Notes: generated by a model from the letters alone, not told the origin. A stretch of DNA of 64,000 bases from Gracilinanus agilis (GCF_016433145.1 NC_058135.1:21692056-21756055), one strand, 5' to 3'. Counted from the stretch's first letter, positions 34,931-48,000 are shown. Program-made: numbers and translations.

Positions 34931-35438
34931 GTGAATTTAAGATTTGACCTATATCAGTATTATTCCTTTGAATAAAAATGCAACCTCTTCTAAAATACCT
35001 TTACAACACAAATGAATGAAATTCTGAATGAATAGTCATATTTTTTAAAATGCATTCAGATTAAAGTTGCCTTCATTCTTTAAGAGATAAATGTCATTCT
35101 TGTTCCTATTTTATTTGGCAATAAATTGTATTTTTATGGCTAAATAGTTGAAAGGGCACAAACAAAAGAAACCAAATGTAGTTGCAATAAAAACTGGTTC
35201 TTAATTTTAAGAGTAAAAGATTACTTTTGAGTCATATGTTGGTATGTATATATCTCTAATTTCTATTTCTCTGTCTCCATCCCTCCATCTATTCATTTAA
35301 TACTATTGAAATCACAACAATGTTGAAAAATAATTTGTGAGAAACTTAAAGGTAGAAATATAATTAAGATATGTACCATACCAGCATATGGTACTTAATG
35401 TCTAGTTGTTCTTGAATAAACATAAACCATATACTTAC

Positions 35439-35540
35439 CAGAATTAATGTGAATGTGTTACCTGAAGGTTCCTCCACAAAACACTCAGAGAGGGCCTGCC
35501 AGACAAGACTTGCTCCAGTTTTAAGATACTCTGTGAATCT
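35439..35540 (-). other. Candidate upstream (possibly non-coding) exon ending in a consensus donor
   Basis: Seen: CTG|GTAAGT donor (intron starts 35438), second donor CAG|GTAACA 23 nt upstream, and a 34-codon open frame RFTEYLKTGASLVWQALSECFVEEPSGNTFTLIL with no ATG and only a weak acceptor; lies in about 1 kb of non-repeat sequence. Confidence 0.2.
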
Positions 35541-36299
35541 TCATTCACTCAAAACATAGCTAATGAACTCCCACAAGTATTAGTCAGCCAGTGGTCATAG
35601 TTCTAAACAAACTCATTTAATGAAATAGTTGAATAAGACAAGCAGGAATAGAATATCCTTCCCATAAATCTGTTCATACTTTCTCACAAATACATGCACC
35701 ATTGTTGGGTATAATAGACATGAGTAAGGGCACATGTATTGAGAGAGATGCAACTTCTTGATGTATATAGTCAACATCTATGCATTAACAGCATACATGA
35801 GTATCAGTATTTGTGGCTTGGTTATACACTAGAAGAAATGTGTTTCTCTGATGGTTTAATGCCATTAATGTCTTCTGGTGATATCATAATTTTGATTTTC
35901 TTAGGCCTACTCTATTCTCATCTCCATCAACCATATTGTCTCTGTTGGATGAATTATCTTTGCTAATTTGATACTATCTGCCAAATATTTACTCTCTTAT
36001 ATCCAAATATTGCATTATCTGTCTGGTAAAACTCCACTGGGCACACAGTTGTGAATTCTCTCTGATTCCACCTTCAGACTTCATCCACAATCCATAGCTG
36101 TAGTACTTTTTCTTCCTCATGGGCTATGCCATCTGTTTAAAGCACCAAAGTTTTCCATAGTGTCTTTTAAGAAAACTGCAGCTCTCATATTCAGCAATAG
36201 TACCATCAAACCAGCAAAACAATAACAAAAAAACTATTTATGTCTTTTGTCTTCAAGGAGTAATTATCTTTCGGAACCTTGGCTAGAAAGCTTTTCATT

Positions 36300-37020
36300 T
36301 TTAACAGGAAATTTTTTTGTCCCACAATTCAAGCTTGTTAGAATTATAATAAGTAGAGTAGAAAAAGGGAGAATGTTCCAAATATGAGGGAGCATTTGTA
36401 CAAAGATTTGGAAATGAGAGAAGAAATACTAGGGCTAGTTAACCCAACTGAAGTAAAAAAAATATGAAAAGAAATAAGACAGAAAAGGTATGTGGGAGTA
36501 TGGAAGCCATATTTTAGAGATCCACAAGTTTCTGCCTGATGTTTTTATTCTTTCTCTTCATTAGATTAGAGCCCTTAAATATATTGGGGGAGAATGTTAA
36601 CATGGTCAAATCTGTGTTTAAAGAGTATCAGTTTGGCACTTGTTTAGAGGGTGGATCAGAAAACAGAGACTAGAATATGTAGGATAAATTAGAAGAGTAT
36701 TTCAACAACAAAGGAAAGACAAAAAGGCTAGGGTAGAGTCTATGTAGGTAAGAAAGAATGGTGATATGAAATATGTTTTAGAGGTATAATCAAGAAGACT
36801 TGGTAACTGATTAGATAGTAAGGATAAGAGAGAGAGGGAAAAATCAAGAATGACTCCAAGATCGCAAAAGTAGGTGACTATAAAAGTGTTTTTTTTTAAT
36901 TTGGAAAATGTTGTTTAATTAATGAATTTAGAATATTTTCCCATGGTTACAAGATTAATTATAAAAGTGGTTTTAAAGTAAAATTCAATGAGCTCTGTTT
37001 TTGACAGGTTGGGTTAGAAA
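36300..37020 (-). mobile_element. L2 fragment carrying a 71-bp L1 insert
   Basis: Purine-rich antisense L2 text (agacttggtaactgattagat...aatcaagaatgactccaag). Confidence 0.65.
36889..36959 (-). mobile_element. Ultra-short (71 bp) 5'-truncated L1 with 10-bp TSD
   Basis: T-tail plus gaatattttcccatggttacaagatt (antisense L1 terminus); TSD tataaaagtg at 36879-36888 and 36960-36969. Confidence 0.9.
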
Positions 37021-37028
37021 TGAATCAG

Positions 37029-37487
37029 TGTAAACTGTTATAAGTAGTTATGTGTTTGTGCAGAGGGCAAAGGTATGGGGAAGCAGAGAAAAGAAATTGT
37101 GGAATTTTACTGGAGAGTCAGTTAGCTTATGCTGAAGGTTTTCATTCTCTCTTTACCTGAAGAAAGGACTGGATACTTTCCTTTGCTAGCTGTGGTATAT
37201 ATCTGGACTTCTCCATCCTACCTGCTTCCCTGTTACCTGATTGAACTATCTATTGAGCTTCCTGTGATTCTGTACAACAGAGCCATCTATTATGAGAATC
37301 TAGTTGGGATCCTTTTGGATTCAAAACCACTTCTTGAACCCTGTCCTGCCTAGCTGCTTAACTACCTCCATTATCAGCAAAAAGGGGGTTGTTTGGGGCT
37401 AGTGTAGGATATTTATATTAAGGTCTGGGTCTCTAGATAGATAGGTGAGCTCAGTGTAGGGGAAATCCACAAAGACTCCTGGCAACA
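37029..37487 (+). mobile_element. Possible solo LTR
   Basis: TG...CA-bounded non-LINE block (tgtaaactg...cctggcaaca); no TSD; family unknown. Confidence 0.4.
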
Positions 37488-37489
37488 GG

Positions 37490-38580
37490 ACACTTATTTA
37501 TTTATTTGTTTTTATTTTGAATATTTTCCCATAGTTACATGTTTCATGTTCTTTCCCTCTCCCCCAAACCCCTCTAACTCTCCTTAGCCAATGCACAGTT
37601 CCCCTGAGTTTTACAAGTATCATTGATTAAGACCTAATTCCATATTATTGATAGTTGGACTAGAGTTATCATTTAGCATCTTTATTCCCAATAATGTCCC
37701 CATCAGCCCATGTGTTCAAGCAGTTGTTTTTCTTCTGTGTTTCTCCTCCCACAGTTCTTCCTCTGAGTATGGCTAGTTTTCTTTCTCATAAGTCCCTCAG
37801 CCTTGCTCTGGATCTTTGCACTGCTGCTAGTAGAAAAGTCCTTTATATTCGATTGTACCACAGTGTATCAGTCTCTGTGTATGGAGATTTGGTAGAATTT
37901 ACTTGTAAATCAATCTTATCTTGATGCTTTTTTCTTAGGAAGTTCATTCATTGACTGTTGAATTTGCTTTTTTTTTCTAAAATAGGTTCATTTAAATATT
38001 CTCCTTCCTTCTCTGTTAGTCTAGGCATTTTATATTTTCATAAGTATTCTTCCTTTTGCTAAATTTGTTGGCATAGAATTAGGCAAAATAACTTCTAACA
38101 ATTGCTTTGATTGCATCTTTATTTGTGGCAAATGAATCCTTTTCATTTTTGATGGTTGTGATTTGGTTTTCTTATCTCTTTTTTTAACATCATGTTAGTT
38201 ATCTATTTTGTTAGTTTTCATAAAACATAGTTTTACTATTAATTTAATGGTGTTCTCACATTCAATTTTCTTAACTTCATCTTTAATGTTTAGGATTTCC
38301 AATTTGGTACTTAACTGTGAATTTTTAATTTCTTTCTATTTTTTTTAAACATTCAGTTCATTGATCTGAATTTTTTCTTTTATTGATATAAGCATTTAGA
38401 TATACAAATTTTCCTGTAATTACTGTTTTTGCTATATTCCATAATTTTTGTGATCTCATTATTATAAACTTATTTTAATAAAATTACATATTGTTTTTAT
38501 GATTTGTTCTTTACCTCAATCATTTTTAATGTTAAGTAAATGTCTCCAATTAATTTTTATTGTTTCCATAGTCCCTTAAA
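37490..38580 (-). mobile_element. L1 3' UTR (37490-37885) abutting an older L1 endonuclease/linker fragment
   Basis: tttcccatagttacatgtttcatg terminus; then antisense ORF2 N-terminal text (tgatggttgtgatttggttttc, gcatttagatatacaaattttcctgtaattactg). Confidence 0.8.
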
Positions 38581-38924
38581 TGAGCTTTAAAGTGTGAGTA
38601 TCCCTTTTGACACTGCACGTAACAACCCATGTATTTCATCTTGTCCATGCATGTCCTGCTTCACATCTTCCACAGGGAGTCTATACACTATATTAGAAAA
38701 CATGTCTAACATCTCTTACCATTTTGTAAAGGCCAATGAAGCAATTTTATTATCTATTTATATGCTTAGCACACATCTTTGTTAGTCTTGCTTTTTTTCT
38801 ATGATGATATCCTCTGTACCTTTTCTCCTATACATTTTTCATTGGTAGTATGTCTTTCCTATAGATTGGTACTAGATTTGTCATTGGTAAAGGGAACTCT
38901 CAAGTTAGGAAGGGAGGAAAAGGA

Positions 38925-39185
38925 AAAAATGAGCATTATTAGGGAACTATTCTCTACTAGGCACTGTGCTAAGTGTTTTATAAAATTTATCTCATTTAAT
39001 CCTTACAACAACTCCAAGAGGTAGAATCTATTATTACTACAATTTGCAGTTGAGGAAACTGAGACAGGCAGAAATTAAGTGACTTGTGCAGGGTCACACA
39101 GTTAGTAAATATCTAAGGCTGATATGAGCACAGGTTTTCCTGACTCCTTCTCCTCCAACCCCTTCATCATCTAGCTGCTTCTAAA
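38925..39185 (-). mobile_element. MIR
   Basis: aggcactgtgctaagtg...tctcatttaatccttacaacaac...gaggaaactgagac...aagtgacttgtgcagggtcacacag. Confidence 0.9.
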
Positions 39186-40419
39186 TAAGAATTTTCTCCA
39201 GAGTCATACGGCCAACTCTTTTCGACTCTACATATATATGCATGCTACCTCCTAATAGCTTTCTTATAAAAAAAAGGACAGAAAAAGGAGAATCAGAGTT
39301 TTCAATAATTCCTTAGATCTGGTGCCTGCTCCTAAAAGCCTGGGAAATCAACAACAGAAAGGTAGAGTCCAGAGATCCCCAAATCATAGACAACTTCACT
39401 TCTTTCTTTTGAAAAAGTAGTATAAAGAATGTCCAAATAGCTTTTTTTATATAAAGTTGTTCATATTCCATTAATTCTGGTGTCCTAGATCTTTCCAAGG
39501 ACTCTAAAATGAGTGTAAAATGTAAAAAACTTAACTGGATTCACCTTTTTCATTCATTACAAGACACTATGCCTCAAGAGGTTCAAGATATGGGAAATTC
39601 CACATATATTCTTTTATCTGTCTTTTTTTCATGAAGAAGCACTAATGGTGGTTCATATAATATGACAACTCATAGATCCCCTTTTCCCTGTCTTTCCCCC
39701 TTTCTCCCTAAAAAAGAAAAGTTTGATCTAGTTAGTTAGTCTGATCATGAAGTAGCCTAAAATAATTGATGTACCTTCCTATAAACCCAAATTACTAGTG
39801 AACAAAGACTTTAGCCCTGTATGAATGACTTAATGTTTTCCATTTCATACTTTTTGGATTTTGTTTTTTAAAACTTTGAGTTTTGACAAAACATTTCATA
39901 AGTGCCATGAACTGTGCATTTTTATATATAAAGTCTTAGAAATCACATCTCTTAATGTAGGCCTCAAAGAATTTATTATCTTCCACCAGCTGGAACCAAA
40001 TGAACCATTGTATGCATTTTTTTTCAGAGAATGTTACTTCAGTATAATTACCTACAGTCAGTTCTTTAATATGAAATTTTTAGTGAATTGACTTTCTGAT
40101 TCAAATTCTCTTCTGTTCTTTTCAGTTATTTCTTATAGCACATTTAGTCATTTCAGTTTATTACACCCACTCCTTTTTCTACTGGTAATTATGAGAATTA
40201 ATCCTGTGCTACCAGAATTGATGATGCAGAACCACAGAAACTGTTTAAAAACAAATAGACAAGGGACAGCTTACAGGAGAAAATAGCCTAGGCTTGTGCC
40301 AAGAATATTCTGAATTTTCTAACCTAAGTGAAATAATGCTAAAATTTAATGAAGTTTCACTTGAGATATGACTCATTCCCTTCTAGAATTTTCCTTGGTT
40401 TTGAAATGCTGTATACTTC

Positions 40420-42780
40420 AACTCAATTCAATTCTATAAACATTTCAGGTACCTACTATGAACAAAATATTTTGCTAGCACCATGGACACAATGAAAAAA
40501 AGGCAACTCTTCTTGACCTTAAAGAACTTATGTTCTACTAAAAGGCATATATTATGTTAGGAAAATTGAAGAGAGGAGAGAAAGAATGATAATAACTGGA
40601 GGTAGAGAGTAATCAAAAAAGGCTACACAGGAATTCATAATAGACAGAAATGGAGAGAGAGAACTTCACTAATTGGATCCAATCTATTTTAAATTCTTGT
40701 TATAATTACTACCCTTCATATACTCTATAAAGTTCAACCAAACTGCCCCTGCTGTTCTTCACATATGATATTCTATTTCCAGTCTCCAAATCTTTGTAGA
40801 GACTGTCACCCTGACCTTAAGTTCATTCCCTCCTCACTTCTGTGGTAGATTTAACAAGACTTGCTAACTCATTGGACATGGGCATGAAGAAAAGAGAAGA
40901 GTCAAGATGGCTGAAGTTGAGAAATTGGAGACTAGAAGCATGGAAGTGCTGTCAACAGAAACAAAAAAGTTAGAAGGAGAATCAGATTTGGTTTTGTCAC
41001 CAAGTCATTTTTCAGTCATGTTCAACTCTTCATAACCCCGTTTGGGATTTTCTTAATGAAGATACCTGAATGACTTGCCATTTTCTTCTCCAGTTCATTT
41101 TACAAATGAGTAAGCAAACAAACTGAGTTAAGTGACTTGCCCAGGGTTATACACCTAGGAAGTAGCTGAGGCCAGATTTGAACCTAGGAAAACGAGTCTT
41201 TCTGATTCTAGACTTGGCACTCTATTCACTGTGCCACCTATCTGCTCTGAAGCAGGCTGGGGGCAAAAAAATAAATTCTGCCTTCGACATGTTGGTGTTG
41301 AGGGGCCCATTAGATATCCAGGTTGAATTTGTCAGCAAGGTACTTCATAATTTGTATCTGGAGTTTAAGAAAGAGATTAGAAATGGATATATAGAGATTT
41401 GAAATGCATCCAAAATGACAAGGTACTGTCATTGAGAACTGGTGAAATTTATATAAAAGCCTAGGAGAAAGGGAAGAAATGAATACCTAGAAAAGAACCT
41501 TGGGGAATGTGCCTGCCAAGGACTAAGGAAATCAGTGATGTTGTTGTTATTGTTCAGTTGTGTCCAAATCTTTGAGAAATCATTTGAGATTTTCTTGGCA
41601 AAGATGCTGGAATTGTTTGCCACTTCCATCTACAGCTCATTTTACAGAGGAAGAACTGAGGCCAAAAGGGTTAAGTAACTTGCCCAGGGTCACATAGCTA
41701 GTAAGTGTCTGACGCCAGATTTGACTTCTTAAATATGTCTTCCTGATATCAGACACAGCACTCTCCCTAATGAGATCAATGATGACTCATCTGAAAGAAT
41801 GGGGATAATATCATGTACATTACAGGGTTGTTGTAGGAATCAAGCAAGAGAATATATGTAAATTGCTTTAAAAACCTGAGAGCACTATGTAAATTCTAGC
41901 TATTATTGTTTATATTATTCAGAAAAGAAACCTGAGTCATGATTATAAAAGAAAAAGGAATAAAAGAGAGAAATATCATGGAAGCCAGGGAAAGAGTGAG
42001 TGTAAAGAGGAAGAAATAATCAACAATATGAAAAGATTCAAAGCCCAAGAAAAATGAAAGTTAAGATATGGCCATTTTCAATGAGCAGTTTAGAGAAGAT
42101 TCATGATCAAGTATTAGGTCTACAAGTCAGGCTCCAGGGGATTGAGAGTTGCATTAATGGTAAGGAAGCAAAGGCTGACATTATATCCTTTGTAGTAATT
42201 GGGAGAAGTGAGAAGACATATGGGATAGTAGCTTAAGAAGTATCTGACTTGTGAAAGATTCTAGTTTGTTTTTAAAAAGAGATTAAGACTTGAATCAGTT
42301 TGTAGGGAGTGGAGAATAGAGTCAAAGATGAGAAATGAGAATTATCGATGGAAAAGATTCATATGAAGCAATATGGGCCCATAATGNNNNNNNNNNNNNN
42401 NNNNNNNNNNNNNNNNNNNNNNNNNNNNNNNNNNNNNNNNNNNNNNNNNNNNNNNNNNNNNNNNNNNNNNNNNNNNNNNNNNNNNNNNNNNNNNNNNNNN
42501 NNNNNNNNNNNNNNNNNNNNNNNNNNNNNNNNNNNNNNNGAAGTACTACTTTCTAGCAATAGAACAAGAAGGTAAGTGAAGATGAAGAGTTTAGAGGGAT
42601 GAATATAGGAGAAAAGAACTTCAAGAGAGGGATTCTATTGATTTTGTAAGTATCAAATGAGGACATTTGCTCAGAGACAATTATAGGGAGGATTATGGAA
42701 CTTGAGGAGAGGAGGAATTTAGAAGAGTCACTGATGAGAGTTATCAGAGACTAAAGTAAGGGAAAAAACTCAGTTGCCTT
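40420..42780 (-). mobile_element. Patchwork of L2 fragments with two MAR1 SINEs (about 41000-41265 and 41548-41770, minus) and a MIR (about 41790-41910)
   Basis: MAR1 core/tail motifs (gacttgccattttcttctccagttcattttacaaatgag; gaattgtttgccacttccatctacagctcattttacagagg) embedded in purine-rich L2 text. Confidence 0.75.
42387..42539. other. Assembly gap (153 N)
   Basis: Run of N. Confidence 1.
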
Positions 42781-42849
42781 CCAACAGAATATATCCAACA
42801 GATAACATCAATGCCATCTATCCAGCACCAGGATAGCATGATTTCCTCT

Positions 42850-43390
42850 AGCAAGATTCACTTGTTAAGAAGAAGGGAATCAAAATGAAAAAGCATAGGC
42901 AGCAACTCAGCTAAACTATATCAAGACTCCTATATCAAGACTCCTCTCCAAATGACCTTAAAATAATACCTCAAATCAAATTTTTAGTGATGGAGTCAAC
43001 AGAAGGTCAGGGTAAGATATTTTTTCCTGTTAGAGACAATTTAGGAGGTTGGCAGAAAAGATCTGTGATGCTAGGGTAGGGGGTCAGCCCAGAATGCAGC
43101 ACACTTAACAGCAACACCTGCAGCAGGCCTTGAAAGCACCTGCTACAGCAGCAGTAGCAGCTTTGGGAATTCTCAGTCCACAGAGATTAATGGGGACCCT
43201 TTGCTGGCATCACATATAGGATTTTGTTGCATTTCCCATATGCCGTTCTGGTTTGAAGGTGCATGATGAAGAATATTAGTGCTTGAAACTATGCGAACAG
43301 GGGAACTGATCATAGTTTCAGGGCCAAGAGTAGCAATAGCATTTCTTACTCCACGGGAGTAGAGTTTCTGTTAACAAATCCAGCCCAAAA
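42850..43390 (+). mobile_element. Old L1 5' UTR-like fragment
   Basis: aaataatacctcaaatcaaatt...gatggagtcaacagaaggtcag...ggaggttggcagaaaagatctgtg resembles marsupial L1 5' UTR; contains a 14-bp tandem duplication ctatatcaagactc (42916-42943). Confidence 0.5.
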
Positions 43391-43394
43391 AAAA

Positions 43395-44880
43395 AAGAGT
43401 ACTAGCAAAGAGACAGAAGGGAGGATCAGTGGAATAGACTTGGGGTAAATAACCTCTGCAAGACAGTGTATGATAAACCCAAAGAGCCCAGCTTTGGGGA
43501 CAAAAATCCACTATTTCATAAAAACTGCTAGGAAAATTGGAAAACAGTATGGGAGAGATTAGGATTAAATCAGAGGATTATATCACATCCTACACCAAGA
43601 TAAATTCAGAATAGATGAATGAATTGAATATAAAGAAGGAAACTATAAGTAAATTAGGTGAACACAGAATAGCATACCTGTTGTATCTTTGGTAAAGAAA
43701 AGATTTCAAGCAAGAGTTAGAAAAAATTACAAAATGTAAAAGAAATAATTTTGATTGCATTACATTAAAAAAGGTTTTGTACAAACAAAACCAATGCAAC
43801 CGAAATTAGAAGGGAAGCAACAAATAGGGGGAAATCTTTATAACAAAAACCTCTGACAAAGGTCTAATTACTCAAATATATAAGGAGTTAAAGCAATTGT
43901 ACAAAAATAATCAAGCCATTCCTCAACTGATAAATGGGCAAGGGACATGAATAAACCATTTTCAGATAAAGAAATCAAAACTATCAATAAGCACATGAAA
44001 AAGTGTTCAAAATCTCTCATAATTAGAGAAATGCAAATCAAAACAGCTATGAGATTCCACCTCACAACTAGCAGATTGACTAACATGACAAGCAAAGGAA
44101 AGTGATAAATGTTGGAGGGGATGTAGCAAAATTGGGACACTAATGCATTACTGGTGAAGTTGTGAATTGATCTAAACATTATGGAAGGTAATTTGGAATT
44201 ATGCCCAAAGTGCTTTAAAAACTGCCTACCCTTAGATCCAGCCATACCACTGCTGGGTTTGCAACCCAAAGAGATAATAAGGAAAAATATATGTACAAAA
44301 GTATTTATAGCCTCACTCTTTGTGGTGACAAAAATTGGAAAATGAGGGGATGCCCTTCAACTGGGAAATGGCTGAACAAATTGTGCTATCAGTTGGTGAT
44401 GGAATACAATTGTGCTGAAAGGAATAATGAACTGGAGGAATTCCATGTGAACTGGAAAGACCTCCAGGAATTGATGCAGAGTGAAAGGAGCAGAACCAGT
44501 AGAACATTCTACATAGAGATTGATGTACTATGGCACAAATGAACATAATGGACTTCTCTACTAGGGGCAATTCAATGGTCCAGAATGATTCTGAGGGACT
44601 TATGAGAAGGAATGCTATCCATATGCATAGAGGGAACTGTGGAAGTAAAATCACAGAAGAAAAATATTTGCTTGATCACCTGGTTCGATGGGGATATGAT
44701 TAGAAGTGTAGACTCTTAATGATCACTCTATTGTAAATATTAATAATATGGAAATCGATTTTGATCAATGATTCATGTAAAACTTGATGTAATTGCTCAT
44801 GCAAATGGGAGAGGAGGGAAAGAATATGAATCATGTAACCATGGGAAAATATTCTAAAACAAACAAATAAATGATTTTTT
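43395..44880 (+). mobile_element. 5'-truncated L1, about 1.5 kb (ORF2 C-terminus and 3' UTR)
   Basis: ORF 44291-44542 KNWKMRGCPSTGKWLNKLCYQLVMEYNCAERNNELEEFHVNWKDLQELMQSERSR; 3' UTR terminus catgtaaccatgggaaaatattct. Confidence 0.95.
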
Positions 44881-45234
44881 TCAGAAAAAAGAATAATTCT
44901 TTAAAAATTAGTGAAATGGAAGCTAATGAGACATGAAGAAACAAAATTAAGTCACTTATTCAGGAAAAGATCTAGGCTTGAAAACTGACAAAGTCTGATC
45001 TCTGTCCATACAAGGGGGCATGAAGTGAAGATGGAAAATTACTGTGTTGTTCATGACTGTCAAGACAAAAAAAAAGTGAATCTAGCCACAGTAATGGTTT
45101 TGGACTGGAAAAGTAATGAAGTTACTGGGAAAGTAATGAAGTAATGAAGATGGTCATCTCATTTCAATAAAGGCAAAGATCAAGTTCATAGAGAATGAGG
45201 AAGAAGGAAATTTCCAAGTTCAAAATTCAGTCAG

Positions 45235-46860
45235 TCTCCAAGCATTGATTAATCGCTTACTGTGATTTCTTGACACTGATGATACAACAAAAAGCAAAAA
45301 AAAATACTTTCTTGTCTCAAGAACTTTATATGTTAATGAAGAAGGCATTGTAAATAATTCAGTATACACAAGAGGCATAAAAAGTGGATGAAAAGTTAAT
45401 TTTAAAGTATAAAGTGCCAGAACCTCAAGGGATTGGTATAAACTTTCTAAAGAAGTTAAGAATTGAGGTGAGTCTTGAAGATAGACAGGAAAACTAAGAG
45501 GCAGTATTTCAGAAATAGGGATTAACCAATGCAAAGACATGGAGAATATGACTTGGAGTATCTTATATGAAGAATAAGTAGGCCAGTGTGAATCATACTA
45601 GATGTAGGAGAAATAAGAAATATTAAGACCAGGAAAATAGCAAGGGACAATATTGTAATATCGTAAAGAGCTTTAAATGCCCAGCAAATGACTTCATATT
45701 TTATCCTAGAGATAGTAGGGAGTTTACTGAATGGAAGTGGGGGTGCATGACATGATCAGACATGTATTTTCAGGTCAACTTTGATAGCTAAATAGAGGAT
45801 GGACTAGAGTACAAAGAGATGATAGAGAAAGCAATTAGAAGGTTATTTTCAATAGTAAAGGTGAGAGTTGAGAAAGCCATAAATTAGTATAATGGCTATA
45901 TAAGTGGCTATATAAGATAATAGAAATTATAAGATTTGGCAAGATTTATTATACACATATAGGATGAGTGAAAGTAAGAGCTTGAGGATGACATTATGAA
46001 GTTGGCTGATTGGGAAGCTATTAGGCTCTCTTTAGTAACATAGCAGTTCAAAAGAGATGGGGTGTTATAAGACAGGACTATTCTTATTGGAAACAGAGGC
46101 CAAGAAGCTATAGATCATGAGAAGTAAGGGATTGATAACCAGGGGGCAGTGTACTCAGTGGCAATGAGAAATCAGTAAATGTTGAAATTTATCTGTATTG
46201 TGACTACATTGGAGAGAAAGTCAGAAAGAGATTTGGAATTAATTCAGAAAGGAAGTAAATAAATGATCATGGCTAGATCTATGGATATAGACATTTGGAA
46301 TTCACTTCAAAGAAGAGGTTACTCATTTATGGTGCTAAAGATAGTGGAATGGGCAATGAGAAGTAAAAAGTTATGCCAGGTCTTCACCCAGTTTATCAAT
46401 AGGTGTGAGAACACTACACAATTAGCAATACTGAAGTTGGCCACAGATGCAGCTTCTTTGTGAAAAAGCCAGGATTATATGAAAGTAAGAATACAAAAAC
46501 TTGTAAAAAGAAGGAAATGTTTAAGAAGGATAATTTGCTAACAATGGGGAGAGGAGAGCATGTATTCATCAAACCCATCTAAAAGAAAATCTGTTGTAGA
46601 ATGGAACTGAGAAGAGATAAATTTGAACTGGAGAGAGATAAGAGTACAGAGCATGGAAGCAGAGGAAGATAAGGATTCAGAATCACTGGGGTCAGAGATG
46701 CAAGAAGAGCAAAATCGATGGGCCCAGGTGCCAATTGTTGAGCTCTTGACCTTTCAAGGCCACATAATGTCGAAGGTGGTGAGCTATGGGGAGAATTGGC
46801 AGGGAGTTCAGGCTAGAAGTCTAGGTACCTCAGTTCTAGAATAAATTTATGTAGCACATA
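45235..46860 (-). mobile_element. Long decayed L2
   Basis: Antisense L2 terminus near 45240 followed by about 1.6 kb of purine-rich L2 ORF2 text. Confidence 0.65.
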
Positions 46861-47589
46861 CTCAGTAGTTAGTTCTCCAAATTTAGAGGAGAAGGTACAC
46901 CCAGAAGATAATTCCATGTTCTTGGTTCTGTATCAAGCCTATTATCTGTGGGTTTGGGCATTCTTGTACTAGGTGTTGTGCTAGGGTTACTACATGTAGT
47001 CCTTCCTGCTTTCAGACTTTGCCCACAATTAACAATCCAAGATTTGGTTCCCCAGAGATGAATACCTGCTTCCAGGTATTCTGGATATCCACGTTTTTAT
47101 TACTATATCTTATATGTGCCCACTTTGGTGATCCATTTTTCTGATACAATTAGCTCAAATCGAAGGCATTTGCTATAGTGGTATATTAAAAATAATAATA
47201 AGATATTGACCACATAAACCTCAAAGGAGGAAAGGATATTATTTACCTAACCATATTTGTATCAGCAATAAGAAGAGTAGGCATAACTCACAAAGTTCAC
47301 ACACACATGTCTAAGACAATGTATTCATGCAACACTGCAGGGCTTGATGTTCTTTCTCCTCTCATGATGTTCTCATCCAGTTTCCTCTTATGCTCTGCTT
47401 GGTAGGTACCCAGTTGTGCTTCTTAGGCTTGTTCTTCACAACTCAATGCCCAACAGCCAAGGCTAACTCTCTCCCAACTCACAAAATTCCTCTTGTGTCA
47501 TGTCTTGTCTTACTACCTAGACTAATTATTTCTTTATTTTTCAAGAGCTACCATGTCAATTAAAAAAAACTTTGTTGAGTTATATAGAG

Positions 47590-48000
47590 TCATAGCAAAT
47601 TTTTTTGATGAACAACTAGGAATGACCTAGTTATTCTCAGCAATTCAGAATCCAAAACAATCCCAGAGACTCATGATGAAAAATGCCTTCAGAGAAAGAA
47701 CTGATGGAGTATGAATGCATATCCAAATTTACTTTATTTCTTTTTCTTCTTCGTTTTTATTTGGTTTGAGACCTCTTCTACAAAATGACTAATATGAAAA
47801 AAATGTTTTATGTGGTTGTACTTGTAAAATCTATATTAGATTGCTTACTGTCTCAGGGAGGGAGAAAGAGTGGGAGGGAATGAGGAAGGGAGGATGGGAA
47901 AGAGAAAGGGAATTTGGAACTCAAAATTTAATTAAAATAAATGTTAAAATATTGTTAAACATGTAATTGAGGTAAAATAGAATATTATTATATATTTTAA
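47590..48000 (+). mobile_element. Old marsupial L1 3' UTR
   Basis: gactcatgatgaaaaatgcc...agagaaagaactgatggagt...caaaatgactaatatg...gaatttggaactcaaaattt. Confidence 0.8.

Noticed and set aside
42850-44880. Internally deleted full-length L1 (5' UTR joined to ORF2 end)
   Set aside because: The two parts differ clearly in decay and meet at an A-run, a typical L1 target; two independent insertions are more likely.
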